Below the pieces are notes generated by a model. It was given only the letters and a program-made list of their open reading frames with translations, did not search any database and was not told the DNA's origin. A stretch of 63,818 nucleotides of DNA, the filler included, from Octopus bimaculoides (Eukaryota), in NCBI RefSeq assembly GCF_001194135.2. It is 6 parts of 6 records of this genome, joined end to end, with 100 filler letters (N's around TTAATTAATTAA, not from the genome) between each part and the next. Parts side by side here need not be neighbours in the genome. Positions count along the whole stretch, not along the records: positions 55,695 to 62,694 come from NC_069005.1; positions 62,795 to 63,818 come from NW_026374604.1; 4 more parts are not named here. One strand, 5' to 3'. Made by a program: the position numbers and the translations under genes. Positions 61,856-63,818 of this stretch are shown piece after piece; the stretch's first letter is position 1; each line of letters opens with the position of its first letter.

Positions 61856-62022
61856 GTGTTATTGGTGCCAACAGTGACACTGCTACAGTAGAACTGGCTG
61901 AATACACGACCCAGCACGAGATACCGTTGGTTACTTACATTGCTTCTACTTCGAGGCTTAGTGATGGGAAAAAGTACCCCTATATCGTTAGAACTGTCCC
62001 TGCAGAAAAGCCACTTCTGAGC
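61856..62022 (+). CDS. Class C GPCR-like exon (phase 1/0), ligand-binding lobe I
   Basis: ttttactatcaag|GT GTT ATT GGT...CTG AGC|gtaagt. Encodes GVIGANSDTATVELAEYTTQHEIPLVTYIASTSRLSDGKKYPYIVRTVPAEKPLLS, like mGluR GVIG..S..S...A.....F.IPQISY.ST...LSD...Y..F.R.VP.D. Confidence 0.88.
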
Positions 62023-62502
62023 GTAAGTATCACATTTCCTTCAGACGCTAATCATCTCTCATTTGCAAGGGTTCTTTTATTAGTAATCTGTTTATCATAC
62101 TTAAATCATGTACACTATTGAAAGCCATCTAAACAGTGGTTTTTGTTTCGAGAAAACACAGCTTGTGAACGTATAGTGTTGGAAAACACAGAAATCAATC
62201 TGCAGGAAAAAGGGAAATCGTCCAGCAACTGCAATGGCGTTGCTAAATACAGATTTCTGCTTTTTTGAGCTTCATCAGTAACTCTGGGGGATTTTCACCT
62301 GTTGTTGATACATCTCTGTCTTTTAACCCTATACGTTTATCAGAGAATTTTTTTCGGTATGGAGACTGCAGTTAAGAAGTTTTTCAACAGTGTATATACT
62401 TTGAGTATGATATACAGATTTGTAATTTGAACTAATACTGCTTCCATCGTTAATAACGAGTTTCTTTTATACTTTGGTAAGAAGAGAGAAAGAGAAAGAA
62501 TA

Positions 62503-62694
62503 TGGAGGCGCAATGGCCCAGTGGTTAGGGCAGCAGACTCGCGGTCATAGGATCGCAGTTTCGATTCCCAGACCGGGCGTTGTGAGTGTTTATTGAGCGA
62601 AAACACCTAAAAGCCCCACGAGGCTCCAGCAGGGGATGGTGGCGAACCCTGCTGTACTCTTCCACCACAACTTTCTCTCACTCTTACTTCCTGT
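62503..62694 (+). mobile_element. SINE family A, 5' half, cut by linker gap
   Basis: tggaggcgcaatggcccagtggttagggcagcagactcgcggtc... Confidence 0.88.
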
Positions 62695-62794
62695 NNNNNN
62701 NNNNNNNNNNNNNNNNNNNNNNNNNNNNNNNNNNNNNNTTAATTAATTAANNNNNNNNNNNNNNNNNNNNNNNNNNNNNNNNNNNNNNNNNNNN

Positions 62795-63818
62795 TAGACG
62801 TAGTTGATAGCTTCCGCTATCTAGGTGACTAAGTTAGTAGTGGGAGAGGGTGCGCTACAAGTGTAGCTGCTAGAATAAGAAAAGCCTGGGCAAAGTTCAG
62901 AGAGCTCTTACCTCTGCTGGTGATAAAGGGACTCTGTCAGAGTAAAAGGCAGACTGTATGACGCATGTGTACGAACAGCCATGCTTCATGGCAGTGAAAC
63001 ATGGGCCGTGACTGTTGAAGACATGCGTAGGCTCGCAAGGAATGAAGCCACTATTCTCCGAGGATGTGTAATGTCAGGGTACATACTAGACAGAGCGTAA
63101 GTACCTTGAGTGAAAAGTTGAACTTATGAAGCATCAGTTGTGGTGTGCAAGAGAGACGATTGCGCTGGTATGGACATGTGGCGAGAATCGATGAGGATAG
63201 CTGTGTGAAAAAGTGCCACACCCTAGCGGTTGAGGGAACCTGTGGAAGATGTAGGCCCATGAAGACCTGGGATGAGGTGATGAGGCACGACCTCCGAACA
63301 TTAAGCCTCACTGAGGCAATGACTTCTGACCGAGATCTTTGGAAATACGCTGTGCGTGAGAAGACCCAGCAAGCCAAGTGAGACCCAAATCCAAGGCCTC
63401 TGCTTGGGGTGTAGCCATCCCACTTATGCGTACCTTCCTTCATTGGACACTAAACTCTGCTTGCGAAGACCTGTTGAAGCAAGTGAAATCTGAATCGAAA
63501 TCGAACTAAATTCGAAGACTGGCACCCATGCCAACGTCGTCTCCTCCATTGGACAAGAAACTCGGCTTGTGAAGACATGTTGGGGCAAGCGAAAGCGAAA
63601 TTGTGATGGCACCTGTACCCAGTGTCGCCTTCCTGGCACTTGTGCCAGTGGCATGTGTAAAGACATTTGAGCGAGATCATGCCAGTGCCGCTGGACTGGC
63701 TCCTGGGCAGGTGGCACGTAAAATACACCATTTTGAGCATGGCTTTTGCCAGTACCACGTGATTGGTGTTCGTGCCGGTGGCACGTAAAAGCACCCACTA
63801 CACTCTCAGAGTGGTTGG
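62795..63818 (+). mobile_element. RTE-clade LINE 3' portion (RT C-terminus and 3' UTR)
   Basis: VVDSFRYLGD*VSSG..AARIRKAWAKFRELL, GRLYDACVRTAMLHGSETWA, QERRLRWYGHVARIDED...GTCGRCRPMKTWDEV...DRDLW. Confidence 0.9.

Noticed and set aside
62250-62290. Minus-strand CTGATGAAGCTCAAAAAAGCAGAAA resembling a hammerhead core
   Set aside because: Extra bases flank stem II and no stem III/NUH cleavage site can be formed. Other CTGATGA hits (about 409, 29066, 42765) lack stem II-GAAA.
1-63818. CRISPR arrays, rRNA genes, prokaryotic operons
   Set aside because: None seen. The sequence is intron-containing eukaryotic DNA with no regularly spaced repeat-spacer arrays.

Overview
AT-rich, microsatellite-dense animal genomic DNA. 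The SINE/RTE repeat families look like those of octopod cephalopods (inference from recalled repeat sequences, not searched). The window is not one contig: five identical 100-bp spacers (44 N + TTAATTAATTAA + 44 N, a six-frame stop linker) split it into six segments whose true adjacency is unproven. Supported genes: (1) the last four coding exons of an ALKBH8-like tRNA wobble-uridine methyltransferase (+, 2536-11570); (2) four N-terminal exons of a divergent class C (mGluR/CaSR-like) GPCR Venus-flytrap domain (+, 59017-62022), whose canonical glutamate-binding positions appear substituted; (3) a tRNA-His(GTG) gene (58615-58686) with an atypical U37, followed by three decayed tandem copies of its T-arm/B-box. 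The rest is mostly transposon debris: tRNA-derived SINEs of about four families, RTE, CR1, L1/Tx1 and R4/Dong-type LINE fragments, mariner, hAT, Merlin, piggyBac-type and Helentron-type elements, and several long fold-back palindromes. Most interesting: a restriction-like-endonuclease retrotransposon embedded in (TACA)n; sharp CpG-decay domains that point to an unrecognised methylated gene in 20.4-35 kb; the orphan class C receptor; and the tRNA-derived B-box array. All alignments were done by eye; repeat boundaries are approximate.
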